Below are positions 1 to 9,315 of a stretch of 64,000 nucleotides of DNA, piece after piece. This DNA comes from Dehalococcoidia bacterium (GTDB taxonomy: Bacteria > Chloroflexota > Dehalococcoidia > Lucifugimonadales > CAJWER01): assembly GCA_963666125.1 (NCBI GenBank), contig OY762633.1:56107-120106 (forward strand), given 5' to 3'. Position 1 is the stretch's first letter; each line of letters opens with the position of its first letter. Under the pieces are notes generated by a model that worked only from the letters and a program-made list of their open reading frames with translations, was not told the DNA's origin and did no database searches. Made by a program: the position numbers and the translations under genes.

Positions 1-1
1 G

Positions 2-445
2 TACGAGCACCTGGGCTTCCTGTTCGCGTGCGGCTTTCCCGTCTTCCAGGACGCGGCGGGCCGCGAGATTCACGTCTCCCCCAAGCCCGGGCCGCGCCGC
101 CTGGAGGTCGTGAACGTACGGATAGGCGCTCCGCGAGAAATCGACGCGGCTAACTTCGAGGGTGACCCGGCCGGATACAAGAGGGACCTGGGCGCGTACG
201 TCAGCGCCAGGGACCTCGCGCAGCTCTTCCGAAGGGCCATCGAGACGCCGGACATCGAGAACGAGCACGGCATCCCCTGGCAGGTAGTCTACGGGATCAG
301 CGGCAACACCCGAGCCTTCTGGTCGCTCTCCAACGCCAGGGCCGTGCTCGGCTACGAGCCGGAGGACGACTCCGAGGTCAGGTTCGCGGACGACATCGCG
401 GATTTCCTTGCAGAAGAGGGCGCTTCTGGAAGGCTGGGGGCCTGA
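2..445 (+). CDS. NAD-dependent epimerase/dehydratase-like protein, C-terminal part (5' end lies outside the window)
   Basis: The frame is open from position 2 through the listed 110..445 ORF. The C-terminal sequence (ARDLAQLF..., VYGISGN, LGYEP) resembles the SDR-type epimerase family. Its stop overlaps the next start as TGATG. Confidence 0.45.
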   Translation, partial: YEHLGFLFACGFPVFQDAAGREIHVSPKPGPRRLEVVNVRIGAPREIDAANFEGDPAGYKRDLGAYVSARDLAQLFRRAIETPDIENEHGIPWQVVYGISGNTRAFWSLSNARAVLGYEPEDDSEVRFADDIADFLAEEGASGRLGA

Positions 446-1296
446 TGGACGCAATCGGCGAAGCCCTGGAGACGGCCCTGAGGCGCGTGTCGGAGGTGGT
501 CCGCGATCAGGCCCGTCAGGGCTTGGGCCGGGAGGTCGTCGGGCGCGTGCCCGGTCGCCCGGAGACGGAGGACGTGGAGATCGGGATCGACAGCCGCTGC
601 GACGCAATACTCGTCGAGTCCCTTCAGGAGACGGGCTTGGCTGTGCGTGTCTACTCGGAGCATGGCGAGGACCTTGTGGGGAGCGGCGAGCCGGAGTATG
701 TCGTCGCGGTCGATCCCTTCGACGGGTCCGGGCTGTACCGCCGGGGCATACCCGCGGAGTGGTGGAGCGTCGCCAGCTATTTCGACCTGGAGGGCACTCC
801 ACTGGGCGCCGCCGCCGTGGACATCCTCAGGGGAGAGCTGTACACGGCAGGGGTGGATGGGGTGTCGGTCGGCGCCGTGGACGGCGGGAGCAGGACGCCG
901 GTGGCGCCGTCGGACAGGAAGGCCCTGGACGGCAACGTGACGCTCTCGGCCTACCTGATGCAGCCGTCGTATCTCTCCGAATGGGTATCGCGTATGCGGG
1001 GCCTGCTGGCGCGGCACCCGGCCCTGCGGGTATGGCCGAACGGCGGCGCCTGCATCTACCCGTGGCTCGCGCGCGGGCGGGTGGATGCGTACGTAATGTT
1101 CGACGAGCCCCGCTCGGAGATCGATCCGGGCATGGGGTTTGCCGCTCGATCAGGCCTGAAGCTCTTCGAGGTGGGCCCTGAGAGCCTTCTCTCGGAATAC
1201 AGGTTCTCCGCCGAGCACAGGGCCGACCGGTCGCCGTTCTTTATAGCGGCGTGCACGGCGGAGCTGGCTCGGAATATCGTTGCGGAGCTGGCCTGA
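445..1296 (+). CDS. Inositol monophosphatase / FBPase-fold family protein
   Basis: 283 aa. VAVDPFDGSGLY resembles the IMPase metal-binding motif DPxDG[ST]. The start overlaps the upstream stop. Confidence 0.5.
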   Translation: MDAIGEALETALRRVSEVVRDQARQGLGREVVGRVPGRPETEDVEIGIDSRCDAILVESLQETGLAVRVYSEHGEDLVGSGEPEYVVAVDPFDGSGLYRRGIPAEWWSVASYFDLEGTPLGAAAVDILRGELYTAGVDGVSVGAVDGGSRTPVAPSDRKALDGNVTLSAYLMQPSYLSEWVSRMRGLLARHPALRVWPNGGACIYPWLARGRVDAYVMFDEPRSEIDPGMGFAARSGLKLFEVGPESLLSEYRFSAEHRADRSPFFIAACTAELARNIVAELA

Positions 1297-1397
1297 TCCC
1301 GCAATGCCAAGGTCGCTACCGGTAAGGTCCCCCTGTTGTTCGGGGCGGCCTCACCGGCGGCGCCATGACTCGGAGCCTATGTGCAGCGACCGGTGGT

Positions 1398-1712
1398 CTA
1401 GTTGCTGGGAGCGGGAGCGTCGTCGGTCTTGCGCAGGCGCCTCCGCCTGCGCACACCCGGAGAGAGCCAGAAGTAGATGGCCTCACCCTTGCGCTTGATG
1501 ACGATCTCCTTGCCCGCGAACTCGGCGGCCTTGCCGATCCGCCTCCTCAGGGCGGTGGGGCTTTCGCTGTCGCTGGAGACCTCCAACTTGCCCGCCTCGC
1601 CATCCTTCAACTGGTTCAAATAGCCGAGATATTCATTCATGATTTCGGCTCGCTTGCCGGTCGCGGAATCCATCTCGGCCTTCGTCTGTGAGATTACCTC
1701 GAACTTCGCCAT
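1398..1712 (-). CDS. Hypothetical small protein with a basic C-terminal tail
   Basis: 104-aa ORF with coding-like composition. An AGGAGG-type site (complement of cctcct at about 1723) lies upstream. I recognise no family. Confidence 0.4.
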   Translation of the reverse strand: MAKFEVISQTKAEMDSATGKRAEIMNEYLGYLNQLKDGEAGKLEVSSDSESPTALRRRIGKAAEFAGKEIVIKRKGEAIYFWLSPGVRRRRRLRKTDDAPAPSN

Positions 1713-1844
1713 CTAAGGATCGCCTCCTGATCTTACTTCCCCTAATGTTACTACAACAATCGGAGGGGTGCAAACCCGCTTATGCGCCTGGTTAAGTTGA
1801 CCTGAACGGTACCTTTCGATGCCCATTCAGGCGGCGGCCCCCTG

Positions 1845-2978
1845 TCACCAGGCGACGAACATGGGCATGACGACGTGGACGTATCCGTCGTCGCCGACGG
1901 GCCTGACTACGCCCGGGCTCGATGGGCTGGTTACCTCAAGGGCGATGTGGTCGGACTGCAGTACCTCCAGGACGTCGATCACGTACTTGCTGTTGAAGGC
2001 AATCTTGGCGTCGTTGCCGTCGATCTCCGCGTCGACGTCCTCCTGGTGCTCCCCGATCTCCTCCGCCTTGGCGGAGATGGTCAGCTTGCTGCGCTCTCCC
2101 TCCGAGCCTCCGTCCGCCGTTATGCGCAATATGCCGCTCCCGTCGCTGGCGAAAATGGCTGCCGTTCTCGTCGCCCTCGAAAAGTATTCGCGGCTGACGG
2201 TCGCCTTGGTGTCGTAGGACTGGGGAATCAATTGGGCGTAGTTCGGGAATGCGCCCTGGAGCAGCTGTGTCACGACCTCGATGTCGGACATCCTGAACAG
2301 CGCGGAATTCTTGGAGGGGCTGATCGTGAATTCCACCGCCTCGTCACGCCCGGCGACGAGTCGGCTGATCTCGCGCAGGGCCCTGGCGGGGATGATGAAG
2401 CCGACGTCCTCGTCCAGGGGCTCTGCAAGCTTCCCCTTGTAGACGGCGAGCCTGAACCCGTCTGCCGCCGCGAACGTGGCCTCGTCGCCCTCTATCTCGA
2501 CCTTGATGCCCGTCAGCACGGGGCGGCTGTCCTCCGTGGCGGCTGCGAAGGCCACGAGGTTTGTCGCCTTCTCCAGGTCCGACGCCTGGATGCTGCCGAC
2601 GATCCCTTCCTCGGTAGTCGGTATCGGCGGGAAGTCATCCGTGGCGATCCCGTTCAAGTTCGCGTCGACCCTCGCGCACCGGAGCGCCAGGCTGGTGGAG
2701 CTTTCCCCAATCTTCAGGTCGACTCGCTCTGCGGGGAGCGAATTTACGAAACTGGTCACGAGCCTCGCCGGGACCGTGATCCCGCCCTCCTCCTCGACCT
2801 GGCAGCCGATCCAGGTGGTGATGGCTATCTCCGTGTCCGTGGCGGCAAGCTTCAGACGAGACCCATCGGTCTGGATCAGTACGTTCTGCAAGATTGGGAG
2901 AGGACTTCTCGTGGCCACGGCCCTGCCGACCACCCCAAGCCCGCGGCTCAGGTTCTCCTGTAGACAAGACACCTGCAT
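1845..2978 (-). CDS. dnaN: DNA polymerase III beta sliding clamp
   Basis: 377 aa. The N-terminus LQENLSRGLGVVGRAV...PILQNVLIQTDGSRLKLAATDTEIAI is typical of DnaN, and the length matches the three-domain clamp. Confidence 0.9.
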   Translation of the reverse strand: MQVSCLQENLSRGLGVVGRAVATRSPLPILQNVLIQTDGSRLKLAATDTEIAITTWIGCQVEEEGGITVPARLVTSFVNSLPAERVDLKIGESSTSLALRCARVDANLNGIATDDFPPIPTTEEGIVGSIQASDLEKATNLVAFAAATEDSRPVLTGIKVEIEGDEATFAAADGFRLAVYKGKLAEPLDEDVGFIIPARALREISRLVAGRDEAVEFTISPSKNSALFRMSDIEVVTQLLQGAFPNYAQLIPQSYDTKATVSREYFSRATRTAAIFASDGSGILRITADGGSEGERSKLTISAKAEEIGEHQEDVDAEIDGNDAKIAFNSKYVIDVLEVLQSDHIALEVTSPSSPGVVRPVGDDGYVHVVMPMFVAW

Positions 2979-3124
2979 TCGACCTTACCCCCGATTAGTT
3001 GTCTGCGTAGAGTATAGGATTGAGACTGTACGCCGGTCAAGTACCATATCCCGTGCACGTGCCTCCTCCACACCCCAGATGTTGTGTGCGAATGCACGGG
3101 GACTGGAATCCATGCTCCCTAAGC

Positions 3125-3153
3125 CGTAGGGGCGGACCCACGTGTCCGCCCGC
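3125..3153. repeat. Palindromic dispersed repeat, family D (cgtaggggcggacccacgtgtccgcccgc)
   Basis: A second copy in opposite orientation lies at 33979..34007, inside a CDS. The core ggcggaccCACGTGtccgcc is an inverted repeat. Confidence 0.7.
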
Positions 3154-3199
3154 AGATGGACAGGCGTGTGGCGATATGGCGAGGTAGCCCGCGATCGTG

Positions 3200-3205
3200 T
3201 AGAAT
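3200..3205 (+). promoter_or_regulatory. Candidate extended -10 box (TGtAGAAT) for ssrA
   Basis: tgTAGAAT ends 16 nt upstream of the mature tmRNA 5' end. The -35 region is weak. Confidence 0.35.
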
Positions 3206-3220
3206 GTCGCTGTAACGTAT

Positions 3221-3576
3221 GGGGACGCGTGGTTTCGACAGGGGGTTCGTTCCGCGGGATTGCAGGCCGGGGCGCCACCCACCTCGTAAAAAGGTGGCAC
3301 CACAGTAACTGGCAACGAAGCTTTGCCCGTCGCCGCCTAAATAGGCGGCGCGTTCACCGCAATCCCCTCCTCGAGGGAGGCGAGTTGAGCGACGCAATTC
3401 GGGGTGCTGTTCCGGCGATGCCGATAGCCGGGGCCTAAGACCATCGGCTGGCCTTCGCGCAGTCCCGCCGGCAAGGGCTGCGCGAGAGGCGAGAGCCAAA
3501 TGCCGGCTATGCCTGTAGTACATCTCAGCCGGGCAACCCTTTGGACGGGGAGTTCGACCCTCCCCCGTCTCCACCA
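3221..3576 (+). ncRNA. ssrA: tmRNA (transfer-messenger RNA); tag reading frame 3311..3340 encodes GNEALPVAA then a stop
   Basis: The 5' GGGGACG pairs with 3' CGTCTCC and includes the G3:U70 alanine identity pair, followed by ACCA. The start ggggacgcgtggtttcgacagggg is classic tmRNA. A T-arm-like ggagttcgaccctcc is present. The internal short ORF ends in VAA-TAA. Confidence 0.92.
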
Positions 3577-3582
3577 CAAGAT

Positions 3583-3610
3583 CGTTCGCCCTGAGCCTGT
3601 CGAAGGGCAG
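3583..3610 (-). repeat. Dispersed repeat family A (reverse orientation of ctgcccttcgacaggctcagggcgaacg)
   Basis: Sits immediately 3' of the tmRNA. Other copies: 4813..4846, 33877..33912 (variant), 39749..39773, 39791..39848, 39909..39956, 40563..40596, 40736..40769, 49714..49747 and 56470..56503. Confidence 0.85.
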
Positions 3611-3638
3611 TTCTCCGCTAGTACATGAGGCTCGAACC

Positions 3639-4799
3639 ATGAAGACGTACAGAGTGGCGATTCTCGGATGCCGTGGTAGAGGTACTGCGGCGGCGCGGGC
3701 ATACCACATGCACCCTCGGACTCAGGTGGTCGGCCTGTGCGACCTCGTCCGGGAGCGCCTCGACACCCTGGGGGACGAGCTTGGCGTGGCTGCCAGGTAC
3801 GACGATCTGGACGCCATGATCCTGGAGACAGGCCCGGACATCGTCGCGATTCCCACCGGCACCGAGTTTCACCACGAGCTCTCGATGCGGGTCCTGGAGC
3901 ACGGGGTGAACATCGAGGTCGAGAAACCCATCTGCGTCGACCTGGAGCAGGCGGACGAGGTGCTGGCGAAGGCTGCCGAGAAGGGCGTTCGGGTGGCAGT
4001 TCACCACCAGACCCGCTCGGGCGGGTTCACCCGGGCGGCGGCCCAGGCGGTGGCGGACGGGCGCATCGGCCGGCTCAGGCAGGTCAACGCCAGCGGCAAG
4101 GGGTACTACGGCGGGTACGGGCTGATGAACATCGGCACCCACTCTCTCAACTCGATGATGAAGTTCGCCGGCCACTGCCGGCGGGTCTTCGCGACCGCGA
4201 CGACCGACGGGCGCCCGATCACACCCGACGGCGTGGTGCCGTCGCCCAGCGGAATGGGCATCATCGCCGGGGAATCGATCAGTGCTCACCTGGAGTTCGG
4301 TGCAGGCGTTACCGGTACGCTGCTGCAACACCGGATGCCCGTCGTCGACGCGACGGGGCATGCGCTCGATATACTGGGCGCCGATGGCCGCATCATCCTG
4401 AATGCGTCGCGCGGAGCCTGGCTGCTGGATGGCGCATGGTTCCTTCCCGACGGGGAGCACGACGCATGGCAGGCCCTCGGACCGGAGATCCCGGAGGGCT
4501 ACGACGCTGACGGGAATGCGAACCTGGACGACTACTGGTTCGTCGAGGAGTACGTCACGGCGCTCGACGAAAGACGCGACCACGAATCGAGCGGCGACGA
4601 GGCCAGGCACGTCCTGGAGACCATGATGGGCATCTTCGAGTCGGCGGCCTACGGGCGGGCGGTGGAGCTTCCCCAGGCCGGGCGCGACCATCCGCTGCTT
4701 CGATGGCGCCGGGAGCACGGGCTTGGCGACCCGGACCCGATGCCCCGCCCGTACTACGAGTGGCTGGAGGCAGAAGACCGCAGGCTGGGCCGGCTATAG
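3639..4799 (+). CDS. Gfo/Idh/MocA family oxidoreductase
   Basis: 386 aa. The N-terminal Rossmann region YRVAILGCRGRG... followed by EKP (VNIEVEKPI) is typical of the family. Confidence 0.8.
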   Translation: MKTYRVAILGCRGRGTAAARAYHMHPRTQVVGLCDLVRERLDTLGDELGVAARYDDLDAMILETGPDIVAIPTGTEFHHELSMRVLEHGVNIEVEKPICVDLEQADEVLAKAAEKGVRVAVHHQTRSGGFTRAAAQAVADGRIGRLRQVNASGKGYYGGYGLMNIGTHSLNSMMKFAGHCRRVFATATTDGRPITPDGVVPSPSGMGIIAGESISAHLEFGAGVTGTLLQHRMPVVDATGHALDILGADGRIILNASRGAWLLDGAWFLPDGEHDAWQALGPEIPEGYDADGNANLDDYWFVEEYVTALDERRDHESSGDEARHVLETMMGIFESAAYGRAVELPQAGRDHPLLRWRREHGLGDPDPMPRPYYEWLEAEDRRLGRL

Positions 4800-4812
4800 C
4801 GACCTGAATTGG

Positions 4813-4846
4813 TGAGCACTGCCCTTCGACAGGCTCAGGGCGAACG
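4813..4846 (+). repeat. Dispersed repeat family A copy (tgagcactgcccttcgacaggctcagggcgaacg)
   Basis: Lies between two convergent genes. The same string occurs at 40563 and 40736, and with 1-3 changes at 49714 and 56470. Confidence 0.85.
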
Positions 4847-5596
4847 TTGGGACGTTCCTACCAGGGTGGTGGTTGACGCGGCCGTCAGGTCCGCCTTTAG
4901 CTGGCGGGTGTGGGCCGAGTAGCCGGTCAATTCCGCCTGGAGTCTTGACCGGGTGGCCTCCAGCTCCCTCTTCGCCTTCCTGACGGTCCTGATTTCGCTG
5001 ATGATGGACCAGGCCGCGAAGAGCGGACCTAGGATGATGCCGACTATCGTGAAGGCTCCCAGGGCGAACCGCAGTCCGGTGGAAGCCGCTATCGAGCCTC
5101 CGGCGCCGCCGACCGAAGCGAATCTTGGCAGGAAGGTCAGCAGCCTTGCGCCCATCGGGCGCAGGACGTTCATGGCCGGCGCCGACATCGTTCTCCAGAC
5201 TGCGCTGGCGGCGAAGCTTCCTGCGTGTCGGCCGATGATGCTGAGCCGTGAATGGGGCGAGCCGTCGGCGACCGTGCGCTTACGGCGCCTGAGCACCCGG
5301 CGCCATAGTGGAGCAGGCGGCTCGGCGGCTTCGGGCTGCTCCGATTCCCGCAGGGCTTGCGGCAGCTCGGGCTCCGGCCTGCCAAGCTGGCTGCAGAACT
5401 CCACCTGCCTGTCGTACTGCTGCCGCATTCCGGCCCGGTGGCGCGATTCCAACTCCTCCAGCTCGTCGCGGAGCTCGTTGAGGCGGGCGCGGCTCTTCAG
5501 CTTGGCGACGGCCTGGGCGAGCGCCGACCCGCCGGCCACGCCCAGAGGTACTAGCAGTAGAGGTAACGGCATCTGACTCCAAGCTAGTCCTGCCAC
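4835..5596 (-). CDS. Hypothetical membrane / coiled-coil protein
   Basis: 253-aa ORF with a hydrophobic N-terminus, coiled-coil-like ELEELE segments and a C-proximal TM segment (FTIVGIILGPLFAAWSII). An alternative start is at 5572. No family recognised. Confidence 0.4.
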   Translation of the reverse strand: MAGLAWSQMPLPLLLVPLGVAGGSALAQAVAKLKSRARLNELRDELEELESRHRAGMRQQYDRQVEFCSQLGRPEPELPQALRESEQPEAAEPPAPLWRRVLRRRKRTVADGSPHSRLSIIGRHAGSFAASAVWRTMSAPAMNVLRPMGARLLTFLPRFASVGGAGGSIAASTGLRFALGAFTIVGIILGPLFAAWSIISEIRTVRKAKRELEATRSRLQAELTGYSAHTRQLKADLTAASTTTLVGTSQRSP

Positions 5597-5632
5597 GGCC
5601 GGGTCAACCGAACCGTGGCAGGACTATGGGAG

Positions 5633-6790
5633 CTATTCCGTTGGCCAGCCGTCGGGAATCTCCCTGGCTGCGAGGGCGGCACTGACCGACTCGGCGGCAT
5701 CGGACGTGACCCATCCGCCCCATACGTCGGACTTGGCGTTCAGCCACCAGAGGGCGGCGTCGTTCGTGCTGGCGTCCGGGTTGTCGCTCTGCCAGGAGGC
5801 GACTTCCTTGTAGACGCCTATGTTGAAGTCCCACTTCCGCAGCATCTCTACTACGTCCGGAGCCCTGCCGGGCAGGTCCGGGTGGACGGCGATCAGTATC
5901 GTAGCGTCCTCGTAGGCGCAGGCCTTGGTGGTGAACCAGCACTCGTCGCTGTACGCGGGCTCCTCGAGTCGCACCAAGTCCAGGACCAGGGCGGGGTCGT
6001 TGGTGCCCCACTGGTATCCGAGCCAGGGCTCGCCCTTCTCGTAGGCGCCGTACAGATCGGCGTTGGCCGCCGCCCCGTCCCCGGGGTTGACCACGTGCAC
6101 GTGGTCCGCCAGCTCATAGCCTACGATCTGGGCGGCGTTGACCTCCTCGCATGCCCAGCCGATTACGCAGGACACCAGGCGCGCCTTGCCCCCGGTCTCG
6201 GCAGTCGCAAACAGCTTCTTGAACTTGTCGTCCTTGAGGTCGTCGATGCTGTCCAGGTCCGGGTACTCTTCCTGGAGGTAGGCGGGGATCACGAAGGCGG
6301 ACTGCCAGTCCTTCCCCAGGCTCTCTCCTACGGAGACCACCTCACCGGCGGCCTGGGCCTCCATCCATGCCTCGTCCTGGTTGGGAAGCCATATCTCCAT
6401 CGTCACGTGGCTGTCGCCCCGGCGCAGCCCCTGGAAGAGGGGCAGCGTTGCGCCGAACACCACGTCGGTCGGATACCCGTAGCCCTTCTCGACGATGTAC
6501 TGGGCGATGCGGTCCTGGACTTGCGCGCTGGTCCAGTTCAGGTCGCTGAAGATGATGGTCTCTTTGGGACCTTCGGGAGGCGCGACCTCGACGATCTTCT
6601 CGACCTCGACGACCTTCTCAACCTCGACGACCTTCTCAACCTCGACAACCTTCTCGACCTCGACGACCTTCTCGACCGGGACCTCGACAACCTTCTCGAT
6701 GACTTCCGGCTCGGGTTGCGAGCAGGCGGCGATGAGCATTGCTGCAACTATCGTCGCCGCGAAAAACAGCCTGTATGTGGTCGACATCAT
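5633..6790 (-). CDS. proX: Glycine betaine/proline ABC transporter substrate-binding lipoprotein with a (VVEVEK)n tether
   Basis: Lipobox LIAAC follows a hydrophobic signal. The start is chosen at MMSTTY, downstream of the GGAGTGAGG site. The body (SDLNWTSAQV..., WLPNQDE, ...GYQWG) resembles ProX/OpuAC. It sits in an operon with proW and proV. Confidence 0.8.
   Translation of the reverse strand: MMSTTYRLFFAATIVAAMLIAACSQPEPEVIEKVVEVPVEKVVEVEKVVEVEKVVEVEKVVEVEKIVEVAPPEGPKETIIFSDLNWTSAQVQDRIAQYIVEKGYGYPTDVVFGATLPLFQGLRRGDSHVTMEIWLPNQDEAWMEAQAAGEVVSVGESLGKDWQSAFVIPAYLQEEYPDLDSIDDLKDDKFKKLFATAETGGKARLVSCVIGWACEEVNAAQIVGYELADHVHVVNPGDGAAANADLYGAYEKGEPWLGYQWGTNDPALVLDLVRLEEPAYSDECWFTTKACAYEDATILIAVHPDLPGRAPDVVEMLRKWDFNIGVYKEVASWQSDNPDASTNDAALWWLNAKSDVWGGWVTSDAAESVSAALAAREIPDGWPTE
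6584..6700. repeat. 18-bp tandem repeat (gacctcgacgaccttctc, about 6 units) inside proX
   Basis: Read directly from the sequence. On the minus strand it encodes EKVVEV repeats between the lipobox and the binding domain. Confidence 0.9.
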
Positions 6791-6900
6791 GATTACCTCA
6801 CTCCCCCGTCTGTGTCTATGGACAATCACCTACTTGCTTTCATGGTGAACATACCAGTCTCGATTCACGCTGTCAATGCCGTATGCGAACGGATGCACCG

Positions 6901-7956
6901 CTAGCTCGCGTGGGACGTATCGTTCCTGCTGCTGGCGACCGATTGCGTCAGGCGGTCTATGATGATGGCGAGGAATACGATTGCCAGGCCGGCAATCGCC
7001 CCGTTGCCCGGCTGGTTCTTCTGCAGCGCGCGCAGCACGTTGTCCCCCAGGCCGCCGGCCGCAACCATGCTGGCGATGGTCACCATCCCCAGTGCGAGCA
7101 TCGTGGTCTGGTTGATTCCGGCCATGATCGTGGGAAGCGCCATTGGAATCTGGACCTTGGTGAGTATCTGCGTGGGAGACGCGCCGAAGGAGCGCGCCGC
7201 CTCGACCGTCTCGGCGGAGACTTGGCGTATTCCCAGGTTGGTCAGGCGGATTACCGGAGGGACGGCGTAGATGATGGTGGCGAAGATGCCCGCGGGTTTC
7301 CCCAGGCCGAAGAAGAGGATGCCGGGAAGCAGGTAGACGAAGCTGGGCATGGTCTGCATCCCGTCCAGGATGGGCCGCATGAGGTTGTCGGCGAACCGGC
7401 TCCGGGCGCCAATCACGCCCAGGGGAAGGCCGACCGACACGGCTACCGCCACCGCCACCACCATAAGGGCAACGGTGTCCATGGTGTTCTCCCACAGGTC
7501 CATGAACCCGATGAAGAGCAGGGCGAGGCACGTGAATATGAGAAGCCTCCAGCGCCCCACCGCAAAGGAGAGCAGCGCGAGACCCACCACGGTGACTGGC
7601 CAGGGCGTCCACTTCAACACCTTCTCGATGTTGACCAGCGCGTAGGTAACCGCCGTGCTGAGGCCGTTGAACAGCCAGGCGCCTTCCCTCGTCATCCACT
7701 CGACCGTATCGTCGATGGCCTCGCTGGTGACGTCCCGCACCGTCTCCGTCAGAATCAGGGAGCCGTCGCTGGAGGCCCGCTCGGAAACCGTGGTGGGAAA
7801 GCCCATCTCAGGTCCCCAGACGAGGAGGGTTGCCAGGAGCACGACGACAACCGCCGCCGCCCCCGCCAGCCATCGGTAGAGGACGGGCAGGTCGCCCAGC
7901 CTGGTGAGCAGCGGCGCCGGGTCCGCGTCGGATATGGAGTCCTGGACTTGGGCCAC
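6901..7956 (-). CDS. proW: Glycine betaine/proline ABC transporter permease
   Basis: 351 aa, multi-TM, with the binding-protein-dependent transport signature region (...EAARSFGASPTQILTKVQIPMALPTIMAGINQT). Confidence 0.85.
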   Translation of the reverse strand: MAQVQDSISDADPAPLLTRLGDLPVLYRWLAGAAAVVVVLLATLLVWGPEMGFPTTVSERASSDGSLILTETVRDVTSEAIDDTVEWMTREGAWLFNGLSTAVTYALVNIEKVLKWTPWPVTVVGLALLSFAVGRWRLLIFTCLALLFIGFMDLWENTMDTVALMVVAVAVAVSVGLPLGVIGARSRFADNLMRPILDGMQTMPSFVYLLPGILFFGLGKPAGIFATIIYAVPPVIRLTNLGIRQVSAETVEAARSFGASPTQILTKVQIPMALPTIMAGINQTTMLALGMVTIASMVAAGGLGDNVLRALQKNQPGNGAIAGLAIVFLAIIIDRLTQSVASSRNDTSHAS

Positions 7957-7966
7957 GTAGAGCCTC

Positions 7967-9172
7967 CTAGCCGCTGTCGGAGATGCCCGTGAGCAGAGCG
8001 CCCCTGGGAATCTCCCCCAGCAGGCTCCCGTTGTCGCCGACCACCGCTATCGGATGCTCCGACTGGGCCGCCAGCGGGATGATCTCTTCGATGAAAGTGT
8101 CGGGGCTTGTGGTGAGGGCCGGCGTGAATGGCGCTCCGTCCAGGGATCTTCTCCGCTCGGACTCGACGAGCTTCGCCTGCTCCTCCGTCAGGATTCCCCG
8201 CAGCTTGAAGTCGCGCGCGATGAGGAACACCGCGTCGAGGCCGTGGTTGTCCATCGCATGCAGCGCCGCGCGGGGACCCTGCCGCTCGTACACCACCACG
8301 TCGGGCTCCCGCATGATGGCCTTCGCCTGGATCACCTTTGCCCTGGAAACGTCCCGCACGAACTCGGTCACGTACTGGTCCGTCGGCAGCGTGACGATCT
8401 CCTCGGGCGAACCCTCCTGGATGATCTCCCCGTCCCGCATGATCGCGATGCGGTCGCCCAGCTTCAGGGCCTCGTTCAGGTCGTGAGTGATGAAGACGAT
8501 GGTCTTGCCCAGCTCCGACTGGAGGGAGACGAGCTCGTCCTGCATCTCCCTTCGGATGAGGGGGTCGAGGCCGCTGAAGGGCTCGTCCATCACCAGCACC
8601 TCGGGATCGACCGCCAGCGCCCTGGCAAGCCCGACCCGTTGCTGCATCCCCCCGCTCATCTCACTGGGGTAGTAGTCCTCCCAGCCTTTCAGTCCCACCG
8701 TCTCGATGGCCTCCGACGCCGCCTCGTACCTGGCCTCCTTCTCCATGCCCCGTATCTCCAGGCCGTATGCCACGTTGTCCAGCACCCGGCGGTGGGGGAG
8801 GAGGGCGTAGTGCTGGAAGACCATGGCAACCTTGCTGCGCCGGAACTCCATCAGCTCCTCTGGCGAGTAGGCCAGGATCTCCTCGCCGTCGAAGTAGACC
8901 TGCCCGCTGCTGGCTTCTACGAGCCTGATCAGGCAGCGTGCCAGGGTAGACTTCCCGCTGCCCGAGAGGCCCATGACGACGAAGACCTGGCCGCGATTTA
9001 CCTCGAGGGATATGTCCCGGAGCGCGATGAGCAGCCCGAGCTCCTCCTGGATCTCGGCCCTGCTCCTCGAAGCCAGGTTTGGGTCGAGGGCTCTCTCCGG
9101 ACCGGCGCCGAACACCTTCCAGAGGTTCTTTACCTCTATCTGGACCTCTACCTGGCTTTCAGGCTCTCTCAT
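7967..9172 (-). CDS. proV: Glycine betaine/proline ABC transporter ATP-binding protein with C-terminal CBS pair
   Basis: Walker A GLSGSGKST, signature SGGMQQRVGLARAL and Walker B LVMDEPFS, plus a ~130-aa C-terminal extension typical of ProV/OpuAA. Confidence 0.9.
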   Translation of the reverse strand: MREPESQVEVQIEVKNLWKVFGAGPERALDPNLASRSRAEIQEELGLLIALRDISLEVNRGQVFVVMGLSGSGKSTLARCLIRLVEASSGQVYFDGEEILAYSPEELMEFRRSKVAMVFQHYALLPHRRVLDNVAYGLEIRGMEKEARYEAASEAIETVGLKGWEDYYPSEMSGGMQQRVGLARALAVDPEVLVMDEPFSGLDPLIRREMQDELVSLQSELGKTIVFITHDLNEALKLGDRIAIMRDGEIIQEGSPEEIVTLPTDQYVTEFVRDVSRAKVIQAKAIMREPDVVVYERQGPRAALHAMDNHGLDAVFLIARDFKLRGILTEEQAKLVESERRRSLDGAPFTPALTTSPDTFIEEIIPLAAQSEHPIAVVGDNGSLLGEIPRGALLTGISDSG

Positions 9173-9315
9173 GTCACACGGCCCCGCGCATACTGGTGGC
9201 GATGCGCCCTAAGCTATATGAGACAACCCTGCAAGTCAAATCGGGCGACGCGCCGTCGGCTTGCGTGGCCTGCTATGATCATGCACGCCGCAGCCTGAGT
9301 ACACGGAGACGTCCA

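Noticed and set aside
3577-3640. tmRNA 3' end as an integration site for a genomic island.
   Set aside because: No duplicated tmRNA 3' segment, no integrase and no GC shift lie downstream. Only a family A repeat is present, followed by a host-like oxidoreductase gene.
445-4799. Epimerase + IMPase-like + Gfo/Idh/MocA genes as an inositol/mycothiol-type pathway linked to the CysS-GT2 fusion.
   Set aside because: The genes are separated by dnaN and ssrA and lie 40 kb from the fusion. The family assignments are generic. The link is too speculative to report as a finding.
9079-9315. N-terminal 79 codons of the 444-aa ORF. Similar upstream extensions occur at 23229..23354, 29480..29506, 46483..46563, 56529..56597 and 56341..56430.
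   Set aside because: These extensions overlap neighbouring genes or lack an RBS. Internal starts give canonical family N-termini, often preceded by good Shine-Dalgarno sequences.
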